From Actinomycetes bacterium (lineage in GTDB: Bacteria; Actinomycetota; Acidimicrobiia; Acidimicrobiales; Acidimicrobiaceae): a stretch of DNA of 64,000 bases. The position numbers and the translations under genes are program-made. The first letter of the stretch is position 1; each line of letters starts with the position of its first letter. Where the stretch lies: the NCBI GenBank assembly GCA_021850605.1, contig JAJZLQ010000081.1, forward strand, positions 13,679 through 77,678, given 5' to 3'. Shown here one piece after another: positions 9,655 to 20,159 of the stretch. The notes beneath the pieces were generated by a model that did no database searches, was not told where the DNA came from, and saw nothing but the letters and a program-made list of their open reading frames with translations.

Positions 9655-10926
9655 ATGGCCAAGTTTGGTGAGAGCCAGGATCTGGTGAAGTGCAGCTTCT
9701 GCGGAATGTCGCAAAAGCAGGTGCGCAAGCTGATTGCTGGCCCCAGTGTCTACATCTGCGACGAATGCATTCGTCTGTGCGTAGACATCATCTCTGAGGA
9801 CGAAGGTTCAAAATCCGATTTCCGGGTGGAGAAGCTGCCCGCGCCCCAGGAGATCTCCGCCTTCCTCGATAACTACGTGATCGGCCAAGAGCGTGCAAAG
9901 AAGGTGCTCTCGGTCGCCGTCTACAACCATTACAAGAGGGTCCAGCAGGGCAACGTGCTAGACAAGGAGGTGGAGCTCTCCAAGTCCAACATCCTCCTGT
10001 TGGGGCCAACCGGATGTGGGAAGACTCTTCTTGCCCAGACACTTGCGCGCATGCTTAACGTTCCCTTCGCCATCGCCGATGCCACTGCGCTCACCGAGGC
10101 CGGATACGTGGGTGAAGATGTCGAGAATATCCTGCTCAAGCTGATTCAGGCTGCTGACTACGACGTTAAGCGCGCACAGACCGGGATCATCTACATCGAC
10201 GAGATCGACAAGATTGCCCGTAAGGCGGAAAACCCCTCGATTACCAGGGACGTCTCGGGCGAAGGCGTTCAGCAGGCATTGTTGAAAATCCTGGAGGGCA
10301 CCGTGGCCTCGGTTCCGCCCCAGGGAGGCCGCAAGCATCCCCATCAGGAGTTCATCCAGATCGATACCACCAACATCCTCTTCATCGTTGGTGGTGCGTT
10401 CTCGGGCCTCGAGAAGATCATCGAGGCCAGGATCGGCAAGAAGAGCATTGGATTCCGTGCCGATCTCAGGGGCGATAACTACGACGAGTCGGAGATGTTC
10501 CACTACGCGCTGCCGGAGGATCTTCTCAAGTTCGGCCTCATACCCGAATTCGTTGGGCGCCTACCCGTCATGGGGGCGGTCTCCAACCTCAAGCGAGACT
10601 CGTTGATCCGGATCCTCGTTGAGCCGAAGAACGCACTTGTCAGGCAATACAAGCGCACATTCGAGCTTGACGGCGTCGAACTCGAGGTCAGTGATGATGC
10701 CCTGGAGGCGATCGCGGATCTGGCGCTACTGCGCGGCACCGGGGCTCGTGGCCTAAGGGCCATTCTCGAGGAGGTTCTCCTGGACGTGATGTACGAGCTT
10801 CCATCGCGGAGCGACGTGCAGCGTTGCGTGGTGGATGCCGAGGTCGTGGCCAAGAGGGCCGCCCCCACTCTGGTTCCGCGCAACGGTGGAAGCGAGCGTC
10901 CCCCGCGGACGCGCCGCGCCTCCTAG
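9655..10926 (+). CDS. clpX: ClpX ATPase
   Basis: CSFC...ICDEC zinc domain, [29 protein letters not shown]. Confidence 0.98.
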   Translation: MAKFGESQDLVKCSFCGMSQKQVRKLIAGPSVYICDECIRLCVDIISEDEGSKSDFRVEKLPAPQEISAFLDNYVIGQERAKKVLSVAVYNHYKRVQQGNVLDKEVELSKSNILLLGPTGCGKTLLAQTLARMLNVPFAIADATALTEAGYVGEDVENILLKLIQAADYDVKRAQTGIIYIDEIDKIARKAENPSITRDVSGEGVQQALLKILEGTVASVPPQGGRKHPHQEFIQIDTTNILFIVGGAFSGLEKIIEARIGKKSIGFRADLRGDNYDESEMFHYALPEDLLKFGLIPEFVGRLPVMGAVSNLKRDSLIRILVEPKNALVRQYKRTFELDGVELEVSDDALEAIADLALLRGTGARGLRAILEEVLLDVMYELPSRSDVQRCVVDAEVVAKRAAPTLVPRNGGSERPPRTRRAS

Positions 10927-10954
10927 CTCGGGCCGGCTCGGAAGTCGACGCACG

Positions 10955-12244
10955 ATGGGTTGGACGATCCAGGAAGCTTTGGCTTGGCTAGACGGGCACG
11001 ACAACTTCGAGACCAAGGGCGCATTTGCCAAGGAGCCATCCCTCGAACCTGTAGCCAAGGTCTTAGAGGCGCTCGGCATTTCCTCTACTGAGTTCCGGAC
11101 GATCCATGTGACCGGGACGAACGGCAAGGGATCTGTCTCCCGGATCTGCACCGAGCTCTTGGTGCGGATGGGCCAGAAGGTCGGCACGTTTCTCTCCCCC
11201 CATCTGGACCGCGTAAACGAACGTATTCTGATCGGTGGAATTCCCGTCACCGACGACCTGCTGGCCTCCGAACTTCTGCTGGTCGCCGGGGTGGAGGAGA
11301 AGCTGGGATTAACGCTTAGCTGGTTCGAGGTGCTTACCGCCACGGCCATCTCGCTCTTCTACGCCGAAGGCGTGGAGGCAGCGGTGGTCGAGGTGGGTAT
11401 CGGCGGAACCTGGGATTCGACCAACGTGGTCGATGGCGATGTCGCAGTGGTCACCTCGATTGGGCACGACCACCTTGAGCTCCTGGGACCTGGGCTGGAG
11501 GGTGTCGCCGACAACAAGGCGGGGATCATCAAACCGGGATCCGTGGCAGTGCTCGGGGCGATCCCGGATGACCTGACGACTTATTTTGACAGGCGGCCGA
11601 ACCGCGGCGTCCTGAGGCTTGGATGCGATATCTCGGTTTCTGAACAGACGCTGGCCGTGGGTGGGTGGCGCTTCGATCTGCGAACTCCCAGAACCATCTA
11701 CCAGGAGCTTTTCGTGGCGCTCCACGGCCGACATCAAGTCGAAAATGCCGCGGTGGCGATTGCGGCGGTCGAGGAGCTTGTCGGATCGAGCCTTGATTAC
11801 GACACCGTCGGTGAGGCCTTGGGAAGCGTATCGGTGCCTGCAAGAGTCGAGGTGGTCTACCGCAGCCCGCTTGTGGTTGTTGATGGGGCGCACAATGCCG
11901 AGGCGGCTGAGGCGCTTGCACGCACCTTTGCCGAAGAGTTCTCGGGAATCGAGCCAGCATACGGCGTCGTTGCCATGCTCGCGGGCAAAGATGCGAACGC
12001 GGTGTTGAGAGCGATGAAGTCGCGATTGGCCGGCGTCTTTGTTGCGACCATCGGCGAACAGCGCGCGATGCCTCTTGAGGCACTTGCGGCGGTGGCACTC
12101 GAAGAGGGTTTCTCTGTGCTGGAGGCTTCCTCGGTCGAGGAGGGCGTATCCGAGGCGATGCAGCTGGCCGGTCAAGACGGCGCTGTGGTGGTGTTCGGAT
12201 CTTTTCGGACCGCCGCCCGGGCGCGCCGCTTCCTGCTCTCTTAG
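10955..12244 (+). CDS. folC: folylpolyglutamate synthase / dihydrofolate synthase
   Basis: HVTGTNGKGS, VEVGIGG, DGAHN, FGSF. Confidence 0.93.
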   Translation: MGWTIQEALAWLDGHDNFETKGAFAKEPSLEPVAKVLEALGISSTEFRTIHVTGTNGKGSVSRICTELLVRMGQKVGTFLSPHLDRVNERILIGGIPVTDDLLASELLLVAGVEEKLGLTLSWFEVLTATAISLFYAEGVEAAVVEVGIGGTWDSTNVVDGDVAVVTSIGHDHLELLGPGLEGVADNKAGIIKPGSVAVLGAIPDDLTTYFDRRPNRGVLRLGCDISVSEQTLAVGGWRFDLRTPRTIYQELFVALHGRHQVENAAVAIAAVEELVGSSLDYDTVGEALGSVSVPARVEVVYRSPLVVVDGAHNAEAAEALARTFAEEFSGIEPAYGVVAMLAGKDANAVLRAMKSRLAGVFVATIGEQRAMPLEALAAVALEEGFSVLEASSVEEGVSEAMQLAGQDGAVVVFGSFRTAARARRFLLS

Positions 12245-12309
12245 AAGCCGTTGAGAGCGCCGAGCCATCTAGAGGCAGCGCCAGATCGGCCCGGTAGTCT
12301 CTAAGAGCT

Positions 12310-12717
12310 ATGGATTCAACCTTTTTTATGTGCAAGCCCGACGCCGTCGAACGCGGGTTGGTTGGCGAGATTTTGTCGCGGCTAGAGCGCAGGGGACTTA
12401 CGCTGGTGCGCGCTGAATTGCGCCAGTTGGACGAGGCAATCGCCAAGGCCCACTACGCGGAGCACGATGGCAAGCCGTTCTTCGGTGAGCTGGTGTCCTT
12501 TATCACGCGATCCAAAGTGCTGGTATGTGAAGTGGCTGGCCCTCGGGATACCTGGTCCGTCGTTCGCACGATAATGGGGGCCACCGATCCGGCCAAGGCG
12601 GCACCCGGAACGATTCGCGGCGATCTGGCGATCGAGATCGGCGAAAACCTGGTGCACGGCTCTGACTCGGCTGAAGCCGCAGCTCGCGAGCTTGCCCTGT
12701 TCTTTCCGGAGCAATAA
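12310..12717 (+). CDS. ndk: nucleoside diphosphate kinase
   Basis: KPDAV, PGTIRGD, NLVHGSDS. Confidence 0.97.
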   Translation: MDSTFFMCKPDAVERGLVGEILSRLERRGLTLVRAELRQLDEAIAKAHYAEHDGKPFFGELVSFITRSKVLVCEVAGPRDTWSVVRTIMGATDPAKAAPGTIRGDLAIEIGENLVHGSDSAEAAARELALFFPEQ

Positions 12718-12849
12718 CGGATTAGGTGGATAGACTGTTGGGTCGTGGATTGCGCTGCCGGCAGCACCTCGGCGCCGGTGCCCAAGCTTAAGGCTATTCC
12801 GCACTTTTTTCCACTTCTCTGACCAAGGAACCCTCCGGAGGCACACATC

Positions 12850-13881
12850 ATGGCATTAGGCTCCTCATTTTTAGGGCGCGATATGGCGGTCGATCTCGGC
12901 ACGGCAAACACCCTGGTGTACGTGCGCGGTAAGGGGATCGTCCTCAACGAGCCCTCGGTGGTCGCCATCAACACCAAAGACGGGCGGCCCCTGGCGGTTG
13001 GCCTCGAGGCGAAGCGGATGATCGGGCGTACCCCGAGCAACATCCAGGCGATCCGGCCCTTGAAGGACGGCGTGATCGCGGACTTCGAGATCTGCGAGAA
13101 AATGCTGCGCTACTTCATTCACAAGGTGCATAACTCACGGTTCGGCAAGCCGCGTATGGTGATCTGCGTCCCATCCGGGATTACCGGAGTCGAGCAGCGT
13201 GCGGTTCAAGAGGCGGCCGAGTATGCGGGCGCACGGAAGCCGGCCTACATCATTGAGGAACCAATGGCCGCCGCCATCGGCGCGGGCCTCCCCATCCACG
13301 AGCCCACTGGCAACATGGTGGTTGACATGGGAGGGGGCACCACTGAGGTCGCGGTCATCTCGCTCGGAGGAATTGTCACCTCCAAGTCGATAAGAATCGG
13401 CGGCGACGAACTTGACGAGGCGATCATCACCTACATCAAGAAGGAGCACAGCCTGGCTTTGGGCGAACGCACCGCGGAGGAGATGAAGATGGCCCTCGGC
13501 TCGGCGACCGTCCTCGAGGAGGAGTTCCAAGCCGAGATAAGGGGTCGGGACCTGATAACGGGCCTTCCCAAGACCATCGTCGTCTCGACCAAGGAGATTC
13601 GCAAGGCCATCGAGGAGCCCATCTCGGCGATCGTCGACGCGGTCAAGTACACCTTGGACAACACGCCGCCGGAGCTGGCGGCCGACATCATGGAGCAGGG
13701 AATCGTCCTGACCGGTGGCGGCGCACTTCTGAACGGCCTTGACAGGCGCCTCCACGAGGAGACCGGGATGCCCATTGTCGTCGCGAACAACCCGCTCCAG
13801 TGCGTTGCGCTTGGTTCGGGACAGTGCCTCGAGGAATTCGAGGCACTCAAGCGGGTGCTGATCTCCTCCAGCAGCCGCTAG
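12850..13881 (+). CDS. mreB: rod shape-determining protein MreB
   Basis: [29 protein letters not shown]. Confidence 0.97.
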   Translation: MALGSSFLGRDMAVDLGTANTLVYVRGKGIVLNEPSVVAINTKDGRPLAVGLEAKRMIGRTPSNIQAIRPLKDGVIADFEICEKMLRYFIHKVHNSRFGKPRMVICVPSGITGVEQRAVQEAAEYAGARKPAYIIEEPMAAAIGAGLPIHEPTGNMVVDMGGGTTEVAVISLGGIVTSKSIRIGGDELDEAIITYIKKEHSLALGERTAEEMKMALGSATVLEEEFQAEIRGRDLITGLPKTIVVSTKEIRKAIEEPISAIVDAVKYTLDNTPPELAADIMEQGIVLTGGGALLNGLDRRLHEETGMPIVVANNPLQCVALGSGQCLEEFEALKRVLISSSSR

Positions 13882-13899
13882 GAGGGACTGCCATTACCG

Positions 13900-14736
13900 G
13901 TGGCCGGTCCCGTTTTCAGACGCCCTCGCATAACGCTTATAGTCATACTGCTGATCTCGCTGTCGCTGCTTACCGCTAGCTATCGGGGCGAGCCACCGGT
14001 GATAACTTCGGCAAAAGGCCTGGTGCGCAGCGTAGTTACGCCGCTGCGCCAGGCTGCTACCGCCGTTGTCTCTCCGGTGTACGACGTCGTGGCAGGAGCA
14101 TTCGAGTACAGCTCGGTCAAGGCGCAGAACCAGCGGCTCCAAAGCGAGGTGGCGACACTCAAGAACCGCCGCATTGCGGACCAGGGTGCCCAGGCGGCGC
14201 TGAACTCCCTGACGGCAACGCTGCATCTGAGTTATGCGGGCAACATCAAATCCACCGCCGCGCAGGTGATTTCCTATACGCCGTCGAATCTTCAGCTGAG
14301 CGTGGAGATCAACAAGGGTTCCCACCAGGGAGTGCATGTTGGCAACCCCGTCGTTGCGGCGTACGGCCTGGTGGGCCGAGTTGTGGCTGTGTCGGCGGAC
14401 AGCTCCACTGTGCTTCTGGTTGACGACCCCAACTTCGCGGCCGGGGTGCGGATCCAGCCCAGCCGCCAACTCGGCCTGGCTGTTGGGCAGGGCTCCGCCA
14501 GGTCGCTCTCTGTGCAGCTGGTCGACCCGGGAACCGTGTTGAAGAAGGGCGAGGTCGCCTATACGAGCGGGCTTCAGGGGGAGATCTATCCGCCCGGCAT
14601 TCCAGTAGGACGCGTGGCCGATGCCTATACCGCCCCGGGCGCGCTGCAGGAGCACGTTGATTTGACCCCGGTCGTCAATCTGGCCAGTCTCTATTTTGTC
14701 TCCGTCCTCGATTGGCTCCCGGCGGGAACGCCATGA
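13900..14736 (+). CDS. mreC: rod shape-determining protein MreC
   Basis: N-terminal TM helix, coiled coil, GLVGRV and GIPVG; follows mreB. Confidence 0.92.
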   Translation: MAGPVFRRPRITLIVILLISLSLLTASYRGEPPVITSAKGLVRSVVTPLRQAATAVVSPVYDVVAGAFEYSSVKAQNQRLQSEVATLKNRRIADQGAQAALNSLTATLHLSYAGNIKSTAAQVISYTPSNLQLSVEINKGSHQGVHVGNPVVAAYGLVGRVVAVSADSSTVLLVDDPNFAAGVRIQPSRQLGLAVGQGSARSLSVQLVDPGTVLKKGEVAYTSGLQGEIYPPGIPVGRVADAYTAPGALQEHVDLTPVVNLASLYFVSVLDWLPAGTP

Positions 14737-15254
14737 CCTTTTCCAAGGTGATCAAGCTCATTCTTCTCGTGCTGACGTTTGGAGTCTTGCAGAGGTCCCA
14801 GCTGGGTACGGTCACCCTAAGTGGGGTCCACCCCGACTTCCTAATCGCAGCCACCGTGATGTTTGGCCTGATCGAGGGTCGCGAGGCCGGCGCGGTAGCC
14901 GGGTTCGTACTCGGTCTATTGGCCGATTCCTTTACCACAGTGCCGTTCGGCGTGTCGAGCCTTGTTTACGCCTCGATGGGTTACCTGGCCGGGATGCTGG
15001 AGGTGACGTCGCTCCCGGAATCAAAGGTGGTTGACGTCGTGGTGGGGGCGGCGTGCACCGGTGGCGGAGAGGTCTTGTTGTACGCCGTTCTAAAAGTGCT
15101 TGGGCTGCATTCGATCCTTGAGCAGCGGCTGGTATCCGCCGTGATGGTGCAGCTGGCCATGGGGGTGCTATTTGCGCTGATCCTGGCACCGGTGGTCAAG
15201 CGTCTCTTGAGGATCGGTGTCGAGGAGCGGCCGCCCTCGCGCAGGGCCTTCTGA
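14733..15254 (+). CDS. mreD: rod shape-determining protein MreD
   Basis: Polytopic membrane protein with HPDF and GFVLGLLAD; ATGA overlap with mreC. Confidence 0.88.
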   Translation: MTFSKVIKLILLVLTFGVLQRSQLGTVTLSGVHPDFLIAATVMFGLIEGREAGAVAGFVLGLLADSFTTVPFGVSSLVYASMGYLAGMLEVTSLPESKVVDVVVGAACTGGGEVLLYAVLKVLGLHSILEQRLVSAVMVQLAMGVLFALILAPVVKRLLRIGVEERPPSRRAF

Positions 15255-15315
15255 CGGCCAGGGGCGTTAACCACCGTCTTATCGGTCTTGTCTAAGTTGG
15301 TTGGAGGGAGGTGTC

Positions 15316-17370
15316 ATGAGCTTCATCGATTCCGAGTCGCCGAACGCGAGTGGTTTGTCCCAGCGCAGGCGGGTTCGAGCCATGGGCTTTGCAGTCTTCG
15401 CCCTCTTCGTTGCCCTGGTCGCCCGGCTGTACTCCCTGCAAGTGCTACAAAGCCCTACTTATCAGGCCCTCGCCAATCAGAACCAGACCCGCCAGATAAT
15501 CACCCCCGCGCCGCGGGGCCTGATCGTGGATCGAAACGAGAACCTTCTGGTGGGCAACCAGGTGGTGGAGTCGATCACGATCGCACAGAACACCACCATC
15601 ACCAATCCTCAAGTACTGCCACGTCTCGCGACGCTACTTGGCGTGCCGCTTGCTCAGATCAAGGCGGCCGTCAACAGTCCCAACAACAGCCCGTATGCGC
15701 CGATTCCCGTTGCCTACAACGTGGGAAAGGACAAGATCATCTACATCAAGGAGCATCCGGCGCAGTTCCCGGGCGTATCCAGCTCCTTGACCACCGAGCG
15801 CGTGTATCCCGAGGGGTCGACCGCGTCGCAGGTCCTGGGATACGTTTCGCAAATCTCGCAGTCCGAGCTCACCAAGCTTGCCGCTCAGGGTTACCAGGCC
15901 GGAGACCAGGTCGGTCAAGCCGGCGTGGAGGCGAGCTTCGAGAAGTATCTGCGTGGCGTGCCCGGCAAGAAGACCCTACAGGTCAACTACGCAGGACAGG
16001 TGGTGGGGACGCTAGCCAATAATCCCCCGAAGCCGGGCGACAACGTGGTGCTCAGCATTGACCTGAGCCTTCAGAAGGCGGTTCAAACCGCGTTGGCCAA
16101 TCAGATCCATGCACTCTCCAACACCTTCGATCCGATCTTCAGGCGCTATCTGACCGGCCTCTCCGGAGCCGCGGTTGTCGAAGACGTCAACAACGGTCAG
16201 GTTCTGGCCATGGCCTCTTACCCGACCTACAATCCTTCGGTTTGGGTGGGGGGAATCTCCCAGGCGGCATACAGCCAGATCACGTCACCGTCCTCGGGAG
16301 ATCCGATCCTGAACCGGGCCATCGACGGCTTATATACCCCCGGTTCCACCTTTAAGCTGGCCACTGCTTCGGCGGCGCTTTCGAGCGGCCTCATTACCCC
16401 GTACTTCTACTACAACGACACCGGTGTGTTCAATATCCCGAACTGCAAGCCCGGAACAGGTCTTTGCAGCTTTCACAACGCCGGCTACGAGCACCTTGGC
16501 CCGATCAACATAGTCACCGCGCTAACGGCTTCTGACGACGTCTTCTTCTACAACCTTGGCTACCAGTTCTACGCCAACATGAACAAGTACGGAAAGACCC
16601 CCATCCAGAACATGGCGGCCAGGTACGGATTCGGTTCCCCGACTGGAATCAACCTTCCGGGCGAGGCGTCCGGCATGGTCGATTCTCCACAGCTGCGGGC
16701 CGCACTGCACAAGCAGTATCCGGCCGCATATCCCTATACCTCGTGGTACACGGCAGACCAGATCGAGATGGCGTTCGGCCAGGGGGAGACGCTGGTTACA
16801 CCGCTGCAGCTTGCCAACGCATACGCGACCTTCGCCAACGGCGGCACACGCTACGTTCCCCAGATCGCGGTGGGTATCGTCAACCAGACCGGGAAGCTGG
16901 TTAAGAAGTTCAAGCCTCAAGTGGTCGATCGTGTCCAGCTCAGCCCGCAGGATCGAAGCGCGATGCTAACCGGTTTTGAAGGGGCGATCGGGAACCGGCT
17001 TGGCACCGCTTACGGCACCTTCATCGGCTTCCCACTCAGCTCCTACCCGCTGGCAGGTAAGACTGGAACCGCGTCGGTTAGTGGCCAGGAGCCCGACGCT
17101 CTTTTCGTGGCCTTCGGTCCCGTGCCAAATCCCAAGTATGTCGTGGCGGTGGTAATCGGCCACGCCGGATACGGTGCAACCGGCGCTGCACCGGCGGCCA
17201 AGGCGATCTTCGAGTACCTTATGACCCACAACGTCGGCAGCCCGGTCTTTTCCATGCCTCACATTCCGGCGGGTGCGACCACCTACGCTCGCTACGGGGT
17301 CGCCACTACGACAACGACATCACCCAAGGGTGGGGCACCGAGCACCACCACCACCACTAACAAGGGCTGA
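15316..17370 (+). CDS. mrdA: penicillin-binding protein 2 (class B)
   Basis: APRG, PGSTFK (SxxK), SDD (SxN-like), KTGT. Confidence 0.93.
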   Translation: MSFIDSESPNASGLSQRRRVRAMGFAVFALFVALVARLYSLQVLQSPTYQALANQNQTRQIITPAPRGLIVDRNENLLVGNQVVESITIAQNTTITNPQVLPRLATLLGVPLAQIKAAVNSPNNSPYAPIPVAYNVGKDKIIYIKEHPAQFPGVSSSLTTERVYPEGSTASQVLGYVSQISQSELTKLAAQGYQAGDQVGQAGVEASFEKYLRGVPGKKTLQVNYAGQVVGTLANNPPKPGDNVVLSIDLSLQKAVQTALANQIHALSNTFDPIFRRYLTGLSGAAVVEDVNNGQVLAMASYPTYNPSVWVGGISQAAYSQITSPSSGDPILNRAIDGLYTPGSTFKLATASAALSSGLITPYFYYNDTGVFNIPNCKPGTGLCSFHNAGYEHLGPINIVTALTASDDVFFYNLGYQFYANMNKYGKTPIQNMAARYGFGSPTGINLPGEASGMVDSPQLRAALHKQYPAAYPYTSWYTADQIEMAFGQGETLVTPLQLANAYATFANGGTRYVPQIAVGIVNQTGKLVKKFKPQVVDRVQLSPQDRSAMLTGFEGAIGNRLGTAYGTFIGFPLSSYPLAGKTGTASVSGQEPDALFVAFGPVPNPKYVVAVVIGHAGYGATGAAPAAKAIFEYLMTHNVGSPVFSMPHIPAGATTYARYGVATTTTTSPKGGAPSTTTTTNKG

Positions 17371-17693
17371 ACAGGCCGGGAGTCATTCGGTCACGCGCCG
17401 ATGCTCCGCGTCCGACTAAACTGGTGTCAAATGGCAGCCTTTGTTCTTTGGATAGTGCTTATTACCGCGGGCTCAGCGACCCGCCGAAGCCTTTCCGCGG
17501 CCCCGCTCTCCGACGCGTGGCCAACCAGCGACGGCAGCCGTGGATCATCAGTTTTCGGCAACACTCCGAATCTTCCGCGTAGCGGCAATCGCCGACTGAC
17601 GGCGGTCGGTGTGTCGACCACGGGGGGGCTCGCGAACTATGGCGCGGGCGCCACCTCGGATGTGGCCGAACCAAGACGAATTGCAGGTTTTGC

Positions 17694-19469
17694 ATGGCAG
17701 ACGAAAACGCACCCCAGGCGGCTCCCGCCGCTCAGGTGAGCCCCACGACCCCGACGGTATCTGCCGACGGGGCTCAAGCATCCGCAGGCCGTGGCCCGGA
17801 GGGTCAAGGCGGGCAAGGCAGAAGAAGGCGGTCCCGGGGGCGCCGGCCTTCTGGACAGGGAAGTGGCGCCCAGGGCGCAGACACCGATACCAAGACCGGG
17901 CCCGGCAACGATGCGAAGGCCTCCGAGTCGGGCGGCGATCACCAGCCACATCGGCCCAGGCTTCCTCATCTGAACCGGGGCGAGGCCAACCAAAAAGAGC
18001 AGGCCAAGGAACCTTCGGCAGCTCAGGCAGTAGCCAGGCAGCGCAACCGGCGGCGCAGGCCTCCTCGCGAGCACGGTAGCGACCTCGAACCGGTGCGCTA
18101 CGCGGTGGACGGCCAGCTCGCCTCGGAAACGAGCAGCGATACGAGATCTTCGCGCCGCGCCAACCAGCGAATCGGCCGCTCCCGCAACGGCAGACCGGTC
18201 GGCCGCTATTTGATGTGCGTGCACCGCTCCGAGGACATGGTGCAGATTGCCGTTCTCGAGGGGCGGACGCTCATCGAGCACTACGTTTCCCGTATCGGGG
18301 CGGATCCGAACCAGATCGACGGCAATATCTATCTCGGCCGGGTGACCAATGTGCTGGCCGGGATGGAGGCGGCTTTCGTCGACATCGGGACCTCCAAGAA
18401 CGCGGTCCTCTACCGTGGCGACGTGCGCTATGACCGCGAGGACCTCATGGACCAGCCGAACAAGGATGTTCGCATCGAGCATCTACTGAGGCCCCGCCAG
18501 GTTGTGCTCTGCCAAGTGACCAAGAATCCGATTGGAACCAAGGGGGCGCGGCTCACCCAGGAGGTCTCCCTTCCCGGGCGCTTCGTGGTACTGGTTCCCA
18601 ATTCCGACAGCTACGGAATATCCAAGCGGCTGCCCGATGATGAGCGTCGGCGACTGCGCAAGATCCTGGGCGATTTGAAGCCGGATGGCTTCGGTGTAAT
18701 CGTGCGGACCGCCGCCGAAGGGGCGTCCGCTGAGGAGCTGGGTCGCGACATAAGCCAGCTGGTCGAGATGTGGAACGCAATCGAGGCCAATGCCAAGACC
18801 GCCCACGCCCCGGCGCTGCTTTACTCCGAACCTAACGTGGCCGTCCGGGTGATTCGCGAAGAGTTCAATCGCAACTATCGGGGCGTGATCATCGACGACC
18901 GGGAAATCTACGAGGAGGTCCACTCCTACGTCTCGAGTATCTCGCCGGAGTTGGCGGATCGCGTCGAGTATTACGACGCCGCCGAGCAGGGGTTGCCAAT
19001 CTTCGAGCTGAACCATGTGCACGAGCAGCTGCACAAGGCGATGGACCGCAAGGTCTGGCTTCCGTCCGGAGGATCCTTGATCATCGACCGCGCCGAGGCG
19101 TTGACGGTGATCGACGTGAACACCGGCAAGAATGTCGGCACCGTCTCGCTCGAGGGGACGATCCACCAGAACAACCTGGAAGCCGCCCAAGAGATCGCCC
19201 GCCAGCTGCGGCTGCGGGACATCGGAGGCATCATCGTCATCGACTTCATTGACATGACGGTCGAGGCCAACAAGGAGGACGTTATGCGCACCTTGAAAGA
19301 GGCACTTGCGCGTGACAAGACCAAGACGCAGGTATACGAGATGTCCCAGCTCGGCTTGGTGGAGATGACCAGGCAACGCGTCTCTGAGGGACTGGTCGAG
19401 GCTCTCAGCGACACGTGCCCGACCTGCAAGGGCCGTGGCGTCGTCTTCTTGGACGTCGACGACGTCTGA
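17694..19469 (+). CDS. rne: ribonuclease E/G with N-terminal Arg-rich extension
   Basis: GNIYLGRV, IDVNTG, RLRDIGGIIVIDFID, CPTCKGRG Zn-link. Confidence 0.93.
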   Translation: MADENAPQAAPAAQVSPTTPTVSADGAQASAGRGPEGQGGQGRRRRSRGRRPSGQGSGAQGADTDTKTGPGNDAKASESGGDHQPHRPRLPHLNRGEANQKEQAKEPSAAQAVARQRNRRRRPPREHGSDLEPVRYAVDGQLASETSSDTRSSRRANQRIGRSRNGRPVGRYLMCVHRSEDMVQIAVLEGRTLIEHYVSRIGADPNQIDGNIYLGRVTNVLAGMEAAFVDIGTSKNAVLYRGDVRYDREDLMDQPNKDVRIEHLLRPRQVVLCQVTKNPIGTKGARLTQEVSLPGRFVVLVPNSDSYGISKRLPDDERRRLRKILGDLKPDGFGVIVRTAAEGASAEELGRDISQLVEMWNAIEANAKTAHAPALLYSEPNVAVRVIREEFNRNYRGVIIDDREIYEEVHSYVSSISPELADRVEYYDAAEQGLPIFELNHVHEQLHKAMDRKVWLPSGGSLIIDRAEALTVIDVNTGKNVGTVSLEGTIHQNNLEAAQEIARQLRLRDIGGIIVIDFIDMTVEANKEDVMRTLKEALARDKTKTQVYEMSQLGLVEMTRQRVSEGLVEALSDTCPTCKGRGVVFLDVDDV

Positions 19470-19490
19470 TACCGCTAGAATGATCGACCT

Positions 19491-19796
19491 ATGTATGCAG
19501 TGATTAAGTCCGGCGGCAAGCAGGAAAAAGTTTCGGTGGGCGCCTCCGTACGCCTCGAGCTCCTCGAGGGGCTCGTCGGCGACGCGGTCGATCTCCGGCC
19601 GATAATGGTGGTCGACGAGGATAACGTCGTGGTCGGCAAAGAGCTTGGCGACGCTGCCGTAAAGGGCGAGATCGTGGGCTTCGAAAAGGGCCCCAAGGTG
19701 CGTGGCTTCAAGTATCGCCCCAAGGCGAATATGCGTAGGCGCTGGGGGCACCGGCAGAAGTACGCGGTTGTCAAGGTTCTAGAGATAACCAAGTAG
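19491..19796 (+). CDS. rplU: 50S ribosomal protein L21
   Basis: MYAVIKSGGKQ...GHRQ. Confidence 0.97.
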   Translation: MYAVIKSGGKQEKVSVGASVRLELLEGLVGDAVDLRPIMVVDEDNVVVGKELGDAAVKGEIVGFEKGPKVRGFKYRPKANMRRRWGHRQKYAVVKVLEITK

Positions 19797-19829
19797 CGAT
19801 TCGCCAGATATTTTCAGGAGAGGCTTCAG

Positions 19830-20075
19830 ATGTCCAAGACCAAGGGCGGCGGTTCTACCAAGAACGGCAGGGATTCCAAGGCCAAGCGCCTGGGTGTGAA
19901 GGTTTATGACGGTATGGCCGTCACGGCCGGTTCCATCCTGGTTCGTCAGCGCGGAACCAAGTTCCATCCGGGAGTGAATGTCGGTCGGGGTAGCGACGAC
20001 ACTCTCTTCGCGACTGCGGAGGGCACGGTCAAGTTTGGCGAGCGCAAGGGCCGGCGACTGGTCGACGTCCTCTAG
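19830..20075 (+). CDS. rpmA: 50S ribosomal protein L27
   Basis: [12 protein letters not shown]...[10 protein letters not shown]. Confidence 0.98.
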   Translation: MSKTKGGGSTKNGRDSKAKRLGVKVYDGMAVTAGSILVRQRGTKFHPGVNVGRGSDDTLFATAEGTVKFGERKGRRLVDVL

Positions 20076-20113
20076 GTCGTCAGGAGCCGCATGGCGGCAA
20101 AATAGGCTTTGTT

Positions 20114-20143
20114 GAAAACCTCGGCCGTTGGACCGAGGTTTTC
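20114..20143 (+). terminator. intrinsic terminator-like hairpin after rpmA
   Basis: GAAAACCTCGG-8nt-CCGAGGTTTTC followed by TCTTT. Confidence 0.65.
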
Positions 20144-20159
20144 TCTTTGAAAGGGACAA

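Noticed and set aside
18483-19751. Long antisense ORFs (also 23189-24676, 8619-9728, 11309-12268 and many others)
   Set aside because: Shadow frames of well-supported genes, expected from high-GC codon bias.
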